Shown: positions 38,911-49,344, counted from the first letter of the stretch. The stretch: DNA of 64,000 bases from Candidatus Latescibacterota bacterium (GCA_965204375.1 OZ241986.1:5216001-5280000); one strand, 5' to 3'. Program-made: numbers and translations. The notes: a model not told the origin generated them from the sequence alone.

Positions 38911-40383
38911 ATGGCATCGACAACCAATTATCTCGCTTATGATTTGGGTGCGTCCAGCGGTCGGGCTGTTTTGGGGCGTTTTGATGGCGCGCGTCTGGAT
39001 ATTGAAGAGGTTCACCGTTTTCCCAATCAGGGGATACCTGTTGGCAATCATTATTATTGGGATGCGTTGCGGCTGTTTGACGAGATGTGTACGGGGTTGC
39101 GTCTCGCTGTTCGGTCCGGGGAACCGCTCAATGGCATGGGCTGTGATACCTGGGGGGTCGATTATGGCTTGCTCGATGCGCAGGACAATTTGCTCGGCAA
39201 TCCCTTTTGTTACCGCGATGCGCGCACACAAGGGATGATGGAGGTTGCGTTTGAGCGCGTTTCTCGCGAGGAGATTTTTGAGCAGACGGGTATTCAGTTT
39301 ATGGAGCTTAATACGCTTTATCAGTTGCTCGCGCAGCGTCTCGCGCAGTCGCCCCAGCTCGATATTGCGCGTACGTTTCTCACGATGCCCGATTTGTTCA
39401 ATTTCTGGTTTACGGGTATGAAGGTGTGTGAGTATTCCAATGCAACGACCACGCAGTTTTACAATCCGCGCGAGAATGCCTGGGCAAAATCAATGCTCAA
39501 TGCGCTGGATATTCCCACGGATATGCTTCCGGATGTGGTGTCGCCAGGTACGGTGCTCGGTCCTGTTCGCAAGAGCATTGCGGATGAGATGGGTATTGCA
39601 CCTGTTGACGTGATTGCACCGGCTTGTCACGATACGGGGTCGGCGGTTGCGGCTGTGCCCCTTTCTTCGCCCGATGCGGTTTATATCAGTTGTGGCACAT
39701 GGGCGTTGATGGGGGCGGAATTGCCCGAACCCGCGATTAATAAGCGCGCGCTCGCACACAATTTTACCAATGAGGGCGGTGTTGATCATACGATTCGGTT
39801 TTTGAAGAATATTTCGGGGCTGTGGATTGTGCAGGAGTGCCGCCGCGTGTGGGCTTTGGCGGGGAAAGATTATTCGTGGGAAGAGTTGATGGGGCTGGCG
39901 ATGGCGTCGGATCGGCTCGCGTCGTTTATCGATCCGGATCACGCTGATTTTGGTACGCCCGGGAATATGCCGTCTCGCATTCGGGATTTTTGCAGGCGCA
40001 CGGGTCAACGGCTGCCCGATAGTGAGGGAGATATTATTCGCACGGCACTGGAGAGTCTGGCGCTCAAATGTCGCTATGTTCTGGGGCAGCTCGAAGATGT
40101 ATTGGGCAAGACGCTGGGGGATATTCACATTGTGGGTGGGGGTATTCACAATACGCTTTTGTGCCAGTTTATCGCTTCTGCGACGGGACGTGCGGTGCTG
40201 TCAGGTCCGGCTGAGGCGACTGCAATGGGCAATCTTTTGATGCAGGCGATGGGCAAAGGGCAGATTGGCTCTTTGGATGAACTTCGCGATGTTGTGCGCG
40301 CTTCTACTGCGATTAAGACATACAGCCCGACAGATACGGATGCCTGGGACGAGGCGTTTGAAAAATTTCAACGGGTGATGTGA
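38911..40383 (+). CDS. rhaB: Rhamnulokinase (FGGY family)
   Basis: DLGASSGR, DTWGVDY, TGIQFM..NTLYQL, HDTGSA, FTNEGG. Confidence 0.9.
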   Translation: MASTTNYLAYDLGASSGRAVLGRFDGARLDIEEVHRFPNQGIPVGNHYYWDALRLFDEMCTGLRLAVRSGEPLNGMGCDTWGVDYGLLDAQDNLLGNPFCYRDARTQGMMEVAFERVSREEIFEQTGIQFMELNTLYQLLAQRLAQSPQLDIARTFLTMPDLFNFWFTGMKVCEYSNATTTQFYNPRENAWAKSMLNALDIPTDMLPDVVSPGTVLGPVRKSIADEMGIAPVDVIAPACHDTGSAVAAVPLSSPDAVYISCGTWALMGAELPEPAINKRALAHNFTNEGGVDHTIRFLKNISGLWIVQECRRVWALAGKDYSWEELMGLAMASDRLASFIDPDHADFGTPGNMPSRIRDFCRRTGQRLPDSEGDIIRTALESLALKCRYVLGQLEDVLGKTLGDIHIVGGGIHNTLLCQFIASATGRAVLSGPAEATAMGNLLMQAMGKGQIGSLDELRDVVRASTAIKTYSPTDTDAWDEAFEKFQRVM

Positions 40384-40931
40384 TCTATTGCCGCTTTGAG
40401 TTCTTTGGGGCTGAATCCAGAGGGACCGTGTTTGCCCGCGTAGGCGATGCGGTTGTCCGTGCCGATGAGGTAGAGGCGTTCGGGCCAGGCGACGTAGTCG
40501 TTCATGACAGCGTCGTCCATGTCGTCAACGTAGGTGCGTATGCCGTATTGCATGGCGTCTTCGCATGTTTTTGCAACTTTTCGGCGTTCCGCAAGGGTTT
40601 TTGGGTCGTAGATGCCCGTGTCTCTGAGTTTCCAGCCGTCTTCTGGATGGGCTTCGCGGATGTAGATTACGAGAAAGTGTACCCGGTTGTGATATGTTGC
40701 ATAGAGGTCGCGGAGGCTGACCGCCTCGCGGACAAAGGGCGGTCACGTGAAGCTGCCGAAGATGAGTGCAACGGGTTTGTCTTTGCATAGTTGCGAGAGG
40801 CGCACGGGGTTTTCGCCGTTGATGTCCGATAGTTCAAAGTCTGGTGCGAAGTCTCCTGCTTTGGGCGCTCGGGGGTCATTTTGGCTGAGCCAGGCAAAGG
40901 CTTCGGCGCGATTTTGGAAGGTGTTGGGCAT
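40368..40931 (-). CDS. Iodothyronine deiodinase-like thioredoxin-fold selenoprotein (in-frame UGA at 40743-40745)
   Basis: Read-through gives APDF...LIFGSFT-U-PPF...FLVIYIREAHPEDGW...VDDMDD...YVAWPERLYLI, in frame to the stop at 40368. Confidence 0.88.
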
Positions 40932-41022
40932 GGGGAGTCCTCCGGGTTTGTTTTTTGAATATATTATGGATTGACACGTTGTTTGTCAATATATCTGAGC
41001 AAAAATAAAAGAGGAGAGCGTT

Positions 41023-42132
41023 ATGGTCAGGTTCGGTGTGGTCGGTTTGAAGGGCATGGGCGGGCGGCATGTACGGGAGATTTCAGAGTTGGATCGGGCA
41101 GAATTGGTGGCGGTGGCGGATTTGGATCTGGATTATGCGCGGCAGGTTGGAGAAGAACGGAGTGCGCGCGCCTGGGGAGATTACCGGGAGATGATCGCGT
41201 CCGAGGATCTGGATGCGGTGGTGATTGCAACGCCGCACCATCTCCACGCGCCGATGGGGTTGGATTGTTTGGAGGCGGGGTTGCATACTTTTGTGGAGAA
41301 GCCGATTGCGAATACGGTTTCCGAAGCGGATAGGATGATCGAGGCGGCGCAGGCGCGGGATCTGAAGCTGGCTGTGGGGCACAATTATCGCACGTTTCCC
41401 GGCAATCGCGCGCTGAAGCGGCTGATTGATGAGGGGGCGTTGGGAGAGATTTACCGGGTGCTGTGGATGTGGATTGAGACGCGGCCAGAGGTGTATTACG
41501 ACCGGGATATCTGGCGGTGTACCTGGGAGCACGCAGGGGGCGGGGTGCTGATGAATCAGACGAGTCACGATCTGGATTTGCTTTGCTGGATGGTGGGCGA
41601 TCCGGTTGCGGTTTCTGCGATGATGTGCAATTGGGGTCATCGGGTGGAGATTGAGGATACGGTTGTTGCCAATATCCGTTTTGCCTGTGGTGCCCATGCA
41701 AATGTGCAGTTGAGTACGTGTGATCGACGATTGAATTACAGGCAGATTTCAGGCGATCTGGGTACGATTGAGTTTCGGGATGAGAAGAATGCCAATTCAG
41801 TGGTGCCAGATGTGTTTCGGCTGGGGCGATACGAGGTGCCCATGCGGGCGTTTATAAAGGGAGCAAAGGGGCATCAGCCAGGTATTAGCTGGGAGGATGT
41901 GCCGTCCGATGAAGGTGGGCCAACTCTAATGGAGAGTTTTGTTGCCGCGATTCTGGATGGGGGAGAGGCGATTACAGATGGGGTGACGGCGCGGCGAACA
42001 CTGGAGCTGATTAACGCGATTGTGCTTTCGGCTATACGAAAAGAGGAGGTCGCGTTTCCGGTTGATCGGGATCAATACGATGAGCTTATGGAAGAGCTGA
42101 AGGGTGGAGAGACGCAGGTGGATAGGTTGTAG
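41023..42132 (+). CDS. Gfo/Idh/MocA oxidoreductase
   Basis: GVVGL.GMG, IATPHHLH, VEKP, GGGVLMNQ.SHDLD. Confidence 0.92.
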   Translation: MVRFGVVGLKGMGGRHVREISELDRAELVAVADLDLDYARQVGEERSARAWGDYREMIASEDLDAVVIATPHHLHAPMGLDCLEAGLHTFVEKPIANTVSEADRMIEAAQARDLKLAVGHNYRTFPGNRALKRLIDEGALGEIYRVLWMWIETRPEVYYDRDIWRCTWEHAGGGVLMNQTSHDLDLLCWMVGDPVAVSAMMCNWGHRVEIEDTVVANIRFACGAHANVQLSTCDRRLNYRQISGDLGTIEFRDEKNANSVVPDVFRLGRYEVPMRAFIKGAKGHQPGISWEDVPSDEGGPTLMESFVAAILDGGEAITDGVTARRTLELINAIVLSAIRKEEVAFPVDRDQYDELMEELKGGETQVDRL

Positions 42133-42203
42133 GTTCTGTGCAGTTAAATGGAAAGAAGTAGTAGAGGAAGTGCGTGACCTCATAAAATCAAAGGAGCGCG
42201 AGA

Positions 42204-42575
42204 ATGGCTAAAAAAGTTTTCCTTTCTTATGCATATGAGGACCGTGGTATTGCAGAACAGGTGTCCAGATTATTGAAGGAGCATGGTCACGATACCGACG
42301 ACATGTCGTTTATTGATCCTCAAGTAGATACCGAGATTGGTGACGATGTTCGGGGGGCAATAAAGCAGAAGATGTGTAGCGCGAGTAACGTAGTAATTAT
42401 TGTCACGCCAAATAGTGCAAAATCACAATGGGTGAACTATGAGGCTGGAATGGCATCTGCCCTTGACAAGCCAATTATCCTGATCAGAAGCAAGGACGCA
42501 AAAGATGTTGATTTTGTGACTTCGCTTGCAGACCCCCAGTTGATCGAGATAGGCAACGGGGCGGGTGAACAATAG
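42204..42575 (+). CDS. Stand-alone TIR domain protein
   Basis: KVFLSYA..D, S.WVNYEAG (catalytic Glu), KPII. Confidence 0.85.
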   Translation: MAKKVFLSYAYEDRGIAEQVSRLLKEHGHDTDDMSFIDPQVDTEIGDDVRGAIKQKMCSASNVVIIVTPNSAKSQWVNYEAGMASALDKPIILIRSKDAKDVDFVTSLADPQLIEIGNGAGEQ

Positions 42576-42648
42576 GGTGCTACCTATCTGCGAAAATTCT
42601 CTGAGCAATTAGCGATACTATACGATTTTTGAAAACACCAAAGATAAA

Positions 42649-42688
42649 CATAAACGCCATCAGCAAAATAGCTGGTGGCGTTTTTTGT
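42649..42688. terminator. Terminator hairpin between convergent genes
   Basis: AAACGCCATCAGC-AAAATA-GCTGGTGGCGTTTTTT; near-identical copy at 48138-48177. Confidence 0.7.
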
Positions 42689-43794
42689 TATACCAGGTCA
42701 GGATCAATCAATTCAAGAAGTCTGTGCCGGATCTCTCTGGGATTTGCGTCGAGATTTACGGTAGCAAATCGTATGTTGTGGCCCTGTATGTCAACCGATT
42801 CGTCAACTGAACAATTGACAGCAGGATGCAGGAGTATTCCCGATGCCGTGTCCGCCAAAGGATCACCCATGCCCTCTTGGGATCTCAAGTAGGCGTATAT
42901 CTGGTATATGTGGCCTGAAGCCAATGTTTGGTCACGGTAAAACCCTGGCTTAAGAATGGAAGTAAATTTGGTATCTATTATGATGCGGCGACCGGAAGCG
43001 GTATGGTCTAAAACAGTATCTGCACGCATTGAGGGGAGGATGGCATCAATTCCCTCAGTCCTCATACCTTTGGCCCAATCGAGTTGCCGCCCGGGATGAA
43101 CTCTCCACCCGTGCTGTGTAAGCGTAACATCGTAGAATCCAGCGATGGCCTTCTCGTAAAGTTCCCGTACCCATCGGGTTTCGCGGGATGGTGAGGATAA
43201 ATTTCTGGGACCAGCGGTTTCGGTGGGGAGTGCCAAATCAAAGGCCAGTTGCGCCGCAGCCAGCATCTGCCGGTCGGCGATATCTATCCTGCCAGTGAAA
43301 TTTACCGATGAGTCATGTCGGATAAGATGTTCCCCACTTACTCCCATTCGCACTAAACTTGTGGCAAGGGCGCGACATTGACGGGATAGGTCAACGCGTC
43401 GCACCATCTTGGCCGACTTCTCCAATGCCGCTCGAACATATCGGTTGCGTGGTGTATCTACTGTTAGTTCTTCAAACCGGCATGCGACAAGCCCTCTGTG
43501 CAGCATTTGGCGGCGTTCTGTATGGATATGGTCAATTCTGCCGCGCACCCTGCTGAGGATAGCTTGCCGGGGCTGGTAGCCAAAACTCAGGTTTCGCCTC
43601 AACCGGCGTTCTACCGCCCGCGCCAGGATTTCTGCCACCAGATCGGGGATGTCGTCCGGATTGTCTTCGATCTCTCGCTTTTGTAAATCGTTTATTTGTC
43701 GGAATAGTTGGGACGCATAAAGCATCAGCAGCCAGAGATTTCTGACGGGAATTTCTCCGATATATCCCAGTTCGCTTTCTTGAGAGGTGGTCAT
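42688..43794 (-). CDS. mcrC: McrC 5-methylcytosine restriction component
   Basis: IPVRNLWLLMLYA, RGRID, ADTVL...IIIDTKF, YQIYAY. Confidence 0.92.
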   Translation of the reverse strand: MTTSQESELGYIGEIPVRNLWLLMLYASQLFRQINDLQKREIEDNPDDIPDLVAEILARAVERRLRRNLSFGYQPRQAILSRVRGRIDHIHTERRQMLHRGLVACRFEELTVDTPRNRYVRAALEKSAKMVRRVDLSRQCRALATSLVRMGVSGEHLIRHDSSVNFTGRIDIADRQMLAAAQLAFDLALPTETAGPRNLSSPSRETRWVRELYEKAIAGFYDVTLTQHGWRVHPGRQLDWAKGMRTEGIDAILPSMRADTVLDHTASGRRIIIDTKFTSILKPGFYRDQTLASGHIYQIYAYLRSQEGMGDPLADTASGILLHPAVNCSVDESVDIQGHNIRFATVNLDANPREIRHRLLELIDPDLV

Positions 43795-45536
43795 TAAAAC
43801 CCTTCCAGTAGTTGTTCTCGAGCCTTTTGAGCTATATCCGGCGCATCAAACCAGTATTCGTCCAGCAAGGGACCGATTTCGGTTTCGACCACTTGTGTGA
43901 ACCATTCACGGGAATTATCAATCTCTCCAGCGGAAGGCGTTACATAACTGTGTCCCACCCTGAATTGAGCACCGAGGTTGGAGTCCTCAGCTATCTGTTT
44001 GTTCAGCGCATTCATTCTTTCTTCTACTTGCGATAGAATCTCCTCGCCTATTTTGCACTGATCATGTACCCAGTCTCGCCAGACACTGCCAAATACGGGT
44101 TCTAAATCAACGAAGGCGAATCGCCGGCGAAGGGCGAAATCGACCATAGCGATTGAGCGGTCGGCGACGTTCATTGTGCCAATGACATATAGGTTTTCGG
44201 GAATGTAAACCCGTTCGCCTTCGCGTTTTCGGTAAGAGAGTTCCAATGCCTCAGCCTCATTTCGCTTGTCCGATTCCAGTAGCGTAAGTATCTCGCCAAA
44301 AATTTGTGCGGGATTGCCGCGATTGATTTCCTCAATGATGATCGCATATTCTGACTCAGGATCGTCTTTTGCGGTGTTTATCATCTGAAGAAAGGGACCG
44401 TCAACCAGGTCCAGCTTGCCGTCGCCTGATGGTCGCCATCCTCTTACAAAATCTTCGTAAGAAAGATTGGGGTGAAACTGCACAGGGCGTATTTTGTCTT
44501 CGTCGCGCTTACCTATCGCGGCAAAGGCCAGCTTTTTTGCCAGCCATGTTTTGCCAGTGCCCGGCGGTCCCTGTAAAATCAGATTCTTCTTGTCACTAAG
44601 ACGTTGAAGAATAGTCTCTAATTTCTCCCGTTCGAGAAAACAGCCTTCTGCCAGGATGTTGTCTATGGAATAGAAGGATGCAGTTTCCTTCACTTCTGGA
44701 ACGGAGAGTGTCTCATTATCTTGAGAGTGCTGATCATCTTCAGTCGTGGGTCTCCATTTATTGAAGGGTGAAATATAAAAGTTGACTTCCTCGTCGGGAT
44801 GTTCGGCTTCAAGTCTTTCTCGAATCTTCAATAATGCTATATCAATAGCGACACTGTCCTCGTCGTTAGTGAGTAGATCCTCGTTCCATTTTTTAGCGTA
44901 GAATAGGACTATTGCCTTTTTATTCTCTTCTGGCAGAATTGGTTCAAATGAATCTGGGAACAGAAGAAACAGAAAAGCGTGCCGAAAGTGACGATTTTTG
45001 CGGTGATCTCGATTGTCGAGCCAATCAGCGAATCTCCAGGGAACGGTCAGTAGTGATTTTCTATCCTCTAAGGAAAACCAGTTAAACATTGTGGTGATGA
45101 TGAAACGGAATTCTAGCCCCCGATACTGAATATAAGGTTGAGGAGTGTTTACTATGCCTTGTTTTAATATTGCGCTCAGTGTCTCAGTAGCATCCGGAAG
45201 TTCCACCTCCGACCATTCCCAGACCCTCTTGATATGTTCAATTTTTTTTTCTCGGTTGGGATTTAAGACGATTAGATAAAATATCCATATCATCTCGGCA
45301 CATAGTTGCTTTGCCACCGGGGGAAGAGGATCTAGTCGATGCTCTAGTGTATCGTAGAATTGAGGGGCATTTCTCGGCCAGTCCGTGTCCTCGTCGAAGA
45401 TGGTGCGAAGTTGGCCAAAGTTTTCTCGAGTCCAGAGCGATTCTTCCGTGAATAGCGATCCGCCATTCAAAAGGCACTGCTGCTTCCACTTTTCGGCGGC
45501 GGCGAGAATGGCTTTGGCACTTTTTAATCGGCTCAT
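43794..45536 (-). CDS. mcrB: McrB-family AAA+ GTPase
   Basis: NLILQGPPGTGKT, QFHPNLSYEDF, EEINRGN, GTMNVADRS, ALRRRF. Confidence 0.92.
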   Translation of the reverse strand: MSRLKSAKAILAAAEKWKQQCLLNGGSLFTEESLWTRENFGQLRTIFDEDTDWPRNAPQFYDTLEHRLDPLPPVAKQLCAEMIWIFYLIVLNPNREKKIEHIKRVWEWSEVELPDATETLSAILKQGIVNTPQPYIQYRGLEFRFIITTMFNWFSLEDRKSLLTVPWRFADWLDNRDHRKNRHFRHAFLFLLFPDSFEPILPEENKKAIVLFYAKKWNEDLLTNDEDSVAIDIALLKIRERLEAEHPDEEVNFYISPFNKWRPTTEDDQHSQDNETLSVPEVKETASFYSIDNILAEGCFLEREKLETILQRLSDKKNLILQGPPGTGKTWLAKKLAFAAIGKRDEDKIRPVQFHPNLSYEDFVRGWRPSGDGKLDLVDGPFLQMINTAKDDPESEYAIIIEEINRGNPAQIFGEILTLLESDKRNEAEALELSYRKREGERVYIPENLYVIGTMNVADRSIAMVDFALRRRFAFVDLEPVFGSVWRDWVHDQCKIGEEILSQVEERMNALNKQIAEDSNLGAQFRVGHSYVTPSAGEIDNSREWFTQVVETEIGPLLDEYWFDAPDIAQKAREQLLEGF

Positions 45537-45719
45537 AGATGTATCCTCTGTTGAATTCCAGGTCCTTTTGTCAAAAATTTTGAGCGTTTGATTACCCGGA
45601 CAATATACTATATATCGCGATCTCGCGCGGGGTTGAAAATTTGCGGATAGGTGTGGTGACAGACTTTCGCTGTTTGGTCAATGGGTTGAAAGCCGATGTG
45701 ACGAGCCGATAAATAATTG

Positions 45720-45747
45720 TTGACAGTGTAACAAAGTATGTTACATT
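45720..45747 (+). promoter_or_regulatory. higBA promoter with palindromic operator
   Basis: TTGACA-N16-TACATT overlapped by TGTAACA-N5-TGTTACA. Confidence 0.7.
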
Positions 45748-45753
45748 TTGTAA

Positions 45754-46029
45754 ATGATCACAAGTTTCAAGCATAAAGGGCTTGCCGAACTTTTTGAACG
45801 CGGTCACAGCCGTCGAATGCGCTGGGATTTGCAAAGGCGTTGTTTACGTCGTTTGGAAGTTCTCGATCAAGCGGAATCATTGACAGACTTGAATATACCG
45901 GGGTTCAACTTTCACGGTCTACAGGGATTACCCAAACGTTATAGTATTCACATCAATGGCCCGTGGTGTATTACGTTCGAATGGCAAGATGGTGATGCAT
46001 TAAGGGTCAATCTTGAGCAATATCATTGA
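45754..46029 (+). CDS. higB: HigB (RelE-type) toxin
   Basis: MI.SFKHKGL..LF, PG..FH.L.G, YSI.INGPW.ITF, LEQYH. Confidence 0.92.
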   Translation: MITSFKHKGLAELFERGHSRRMRWDLQRRCLRRLEVLDQAESLTDLNIPGFNFHGLQGLPKRYSIHINGPWCITFEWQDGDALRVNLEQYH

Positions 46030-46036
46030 GGTGATA

Positions 46037-46354
46037 ATGGCTGAATATTTTGTCAAACGTCCGTTGAAGCGCGTGCCTGTTCATCCGGGTGAGATTCTGC
46101 GCGAAGATGTATTGCCGTCGCTTGAGTTATCGGTTAGTGAAGCTGCTCGGCGACTCGGTGTTTCGCGTCAACAATTGCATCGCGTTCTGGCCTGTACGCA
46201 TCCGGTTACGATAGAAATGGCACTCAGAATCGGTAAGCTTGTAGGCAACGGTCCCGGACTCTGGTTGCGCCTGCAACAGGCTTGTGATTTGTGGCGTGTA
46301 GAGCAATCTTTGAAAGACAAACTTGAAGAAATAAGACCTGCGGGTACAAAATAG
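46037..46354 (+). CDS. higA: HigA antitoxin
   Basis: HPGEILRED, HTH, EMALRI, WL.LQ. Confidence 0.92.
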   Translation: MAEYFVKRPLKRVPVHPGEILREDVLPSLELSVSEAARRLGVSRQQLHRVLACTHPVTIEMALRIGKLVGNGPGLWLRLQQACDLWRVEQSLKDKLEEIRPAGTK

Positions 46355-46388
46355 CGGATATTATACCAATTTAAAAAAAGAATACATT

Positions 46389-47204
46389 ATGATCTATCGG
46401 CTCAAAATTACGCTAATGGGTTCCAGGCCGCCGATATGGCGGCGGGTTGAGGTTGATGGCAACATCTCACTTGGAGAACTACATGAGGTGATTCAGCTTG
46501 TGATGGGATGGACAGATTCTCATCTTCACCAATTCATCGTCAAAGATACCTATTATAGCATCCCTTATCCAGGTACGGAAGACTGGGGAATGATGGAAGA
46601 TATCCGAGATGCAAATGAAACCTCTCTTCAGCAGGTCGCCGCTGAGGTTGGGGCGCAAATCATATATGAATATGATTTCGGCGATGGTTGGGAACACAGG
46701 ATTCGGGTTGAACAAATCAAGGAGCCAGAAGCTGAGGTATTTTATCCTGTATGTCTGACGGGAAAACGCGCATGCCCACCAGAGGATGTGGGTGGCGTTT
46801 GGGGGTACGAGGAATGTTTAAGCGCGCTTCAGAACAAAAATCATCCAGAGCATGACAGGTATTCAGAGTGGATTGAAGGGCCATTCGATCCCGAACATTT
46901 TGATCTTGAAGAAAGCAATCGGATGCTATCTTACCTTGACTGCTACAAGGTCTTCAAGCGCGAGAAGGCACCAGCATATACCGATAGACAGGGACAATAT
47001 CTGACATTCATCTATTATTATACGAAGTTGAACGGTTATCCCCCGGCTCAGGCGGACATACAGAGATATTTTCGCGTCACAGGTCCTTCCGTCAACAGCA
47101 TGCTCAAAACCCTGGAAAAACGAGGTCTTATATCGAGAGTTCCCCGCCAACCACGCTCAATCAAGTTGCTCCTGTCCCGCGAGGAACTCCCCGACCTGGA
47201 ATAA
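46389..47204 (+). CDS. pRiA4b ORF3-family protein with a C-terminal LexA-like winged HTH
   Basis: PPIWRR, HLHQF, YEYDFGDGWEH, ACPPEDVGG; C-terminal TDRQGQYL..I..Y...GYPP...LEKRGLI. Confidence 0.85.
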   Translation: MIYRLKITLMGSRPPIWRRVEVDGNISLGELHEVIQLVMGWTDSHLHQFIVKDTYYSIPYPGTEDWGMMEDIRDANETSLQQVAAEVGAQIIYEYDFGDGWEHRIRVEQIKEPEAEVFYPVCLTGKRACPPEDVGGVWGYEECLSALQNKNHPEHDRYSEWIEGPFDPEHFDLEESNRMLSYLDCYKVFKREKAPAYTDRQGQYLTFIYYYTKLNGYPPAQADIQRYFRVTGPSVNSMLKTLEKRGLISRVPRQPRSIKLLLSREELPDLE

Positions 47205-47329
47205 GTCGCAGCATCCTACCTTCAATTTCCCACTTTATATCTGGCGGGATAAGGACGCAAAAGATATTGATTTTGTTGCAGCCCCAATTGATCGAGATAG
47301 GCAATTTTAACTCAATAGGAGAAGTAAGC

Positions 47330-48115
47330 ATGAAACTTTCGTGGATGACTTATGGTGTTTTGAAGGCGCTTTCCCGACGGGATTTGTTGCAGATGTTGAA
47401 GGATCACGGGTTTGAAGGGGTGGAGTTTCGGACGGATGCGGGGCATGGTCACGGGGTGGAGGCGTCGATTGACGAGGCAGAACGAGAGCAGGTGGTGGCA
47501 GATTGCGAGGCGATGGGGATCGATATTATGAGTGTTGCGACGGGCAATCGGTATCACGATACGGATCCGGACGAGCTTCAAGATCATATTGAGCAGACGA
47601 TGATTCGGATGGATCTGGCGTCGGATCTGGACGCGCCTCGCGTGCGCGTGTTTGGGAATAATTTCCCAACAGAAGTGCCCAGGGAACAGACGATTGCTCA
47701 GGTGGCAGAGGCGCTGAAGCCGCTGTGTGATTACGGTGTGGAGAAGGGGGTGAAGCCGTGCTTGGAGTTGCACGGGGAGTTCGATTGGCAAGCGTGCAGG
47801 GCAGTGGCAGAGCAGGTGGATCACGAGAATTTTGGATTGGTCTGGAATTCGGTCCCGCAAGATGTGGTGGATGGATCTGTGAAACAGGCGCTGGATACGG
47901 TATGGCCCTGGCTGGACCACGTGCATATGCACGATCTGGCAGGACAGGGCTATCCGTATCGCGAGTTGTTCCGGTTGCTGCACGAGAAGGGCTATGAGGA
48001 CTACATGTCGGCAGAGACAGAGCGACGACCCGATAAGGGAGTGGGCGATTTGTGGATGTTTGTGGCCTATTATTCAGATTTGTTCAGGGCGTATCGCGAT
48101 CTCGCACGGGGTTGA
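47330..48115 (+). CDS. Sugar phosphate isomerase/epimerase (xylose isomerase-like TIM barrel)
   Basis: GFEGVEFR, LELHG, HVHMHD, SAE. Confidence 0.85.
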   Translation: MKLSWMTYGVLKALSRRDLLQMLKDHGFEGVEFRTDAGHGHGVEASIDEAEREQVVADCEAMGIDIMSVATGNRYHDTDPDELQDHIEQTMIRMDLASDLDAPRVRVFGNNFPTEVPREQTIAQVAEALKPLCDYGVEKGVKPCLELHGEFDWQACRAVAEQVDHENFGLVWNSVPQDVVDGSVKQALDTVWPWLDHVHMHDLAGQGYPYRELFRLLHEKGYEDYMSAETERRPDKGVGDLWMFVAYYSDLFRAYRDLARG

Positions 48116-48199
48116 GAGAGGTTATAGCGGAGGTAATCATAAACGCCATCGGCAAAATAGCTGATGGCGTTTTTTGTGTTGGGAATTTGTGTCGTAAGT

Positions 48200-49327
48200 T
48201 TATCTGGTCAATATTTCGCGCAGGCGTGCGGTGACAATTTCCTGGTCGTCTTCAATAAAGTTGGTTACGGCGACGCGAAAGGTGTTTGCACTGCCGCGTG
48301 TCCATACGGATGGGTTGCCCTGTCGAAGTTCTTCGATGATTTGCGCTGCGGTTTTGCCCAGTGCGGTTTCATCAACTGTAATGTGTACGCCAGTGCTCAA
48401 GCTGCGCGCGTCGGTGGAGAATTTGGCTGTGATGTGGGGGATGTCTTTCAGGTCTGATAATAGTGCTTCGGATTTGCGTTTGTATTCGGATAGGCGCGCT
48501 TCGTGGTCCATGCTGAACCATTCACGCAGGGCAACGACGACGGCGATGACTTCTTGTCGATCCACTTTTAGCGGGCGGCCTATGGTGTCGTAGGGGCTGG
48601 TTTCATAGCCGATGAAGGAGTGGAGAAAGGCGGCGTCGATCAGGTCTTTGCGTCCGCACAAGATGCCCGTGGAGTGACACGAGCCGATGTATTTGGCACC
48701 GTAGCCTATTAGATCTGCGCCCATGTCGGGATATTTTAGCATGGTTTCGAGGGGATAGACCTGGCTTGCTGCATCGACGATGACGGGTATCCCGTTGGCG
48801 TGGGCGATGCGGACTACGTCTTCGGGGGATAGGACGCCTGCCTGGCCTCCGGGGGCGAAATAGTGGATGGCTGCAGTCTGGTCTGATATGGCGGTTTCGA
48901 GTTGGGCTTCGGTCGTTCCGTTTTCATCGCCGACTTCTATGAGTTTGGCGCCGAAAACAGTGAGTACCGGGTCGTAGTGATAGCGTTGCTTTTTTTGGAT
49001 TAGAATGTGGTGCTTCATCCCCGTGGTATCGGGTAGTTGTTCCATTTTTTTGGGATCGCTGCCCGACATGCAGGCGGCTGTGCTGAGGGCTAATGCCGCG
49101 GCGCATCCGGGTGTGACCATTGCCGCTTCTGCGCCGAGGGTGTCGGCGATGATTGCGCCGGTTTTTTTGAGTAGTTCTTCCATGTCCGCAAAGTAGCGAT
49201 TCGCTATGTCCATTGCAGCTTGCACTTCTGTGCCCACACGCGACCCGCCGATGACTGTCTGATAACCCGATGCGTTGATTACAGGGACAACGCCCAGGTC
49301 TTCGTAGATCTGACTCGCTTTGCTCAT
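48200..49327 (-). CDS. SelA-like PLP enzyme (DgaE-type ammonia-lyase family)
   Basis: VINASG..T.IGGS, VIVDAAS, GAKYIG, IGRPLKV. Confidence 0.8.
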   Translation of the reverse strand: MSKASQIYEDLGVVPVINASGYQTVIGGSRVGTEVQAAMDIANRYFADMEELLKKTGAIIADTLGAEAAMVTPGCAAALALSTAACMSGSDPKKMEQLPDTTGMKHHILIQKKQRYHYDPVLTVFGAKLIEVGDENGTTEAQLETAISDQTAAIHYFAPGGQAGVLSPEDVVRIAHANGIPVIVDAASQVYPLETMLKYPDMGADLIGYGAKYIGSCHSTGILCGRKDLIDAAFLHSFIGYETSPYDTIGRPLKVDRQEVIAVVVALREWFSMDHEARLSEYKRKSEALLSDLKDIPHITAKFSTDARSLSTGVHITVDETALGKTAAQIIEELRQGNPSVWTRGSANTFRVAVTNFIEDDQEIVTARLREILTR

Positions 49328-49344
49328 GATTTCCCTTTCTTTTT

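Noticed and set aside
48200-49327. SelA-like gene as the selenocysteine synthase for the nearby selenoprotein
   Set aside because: Its short length and catabolic operon context fit the DgaE-like branch; it is not evidence of Sec machinery.
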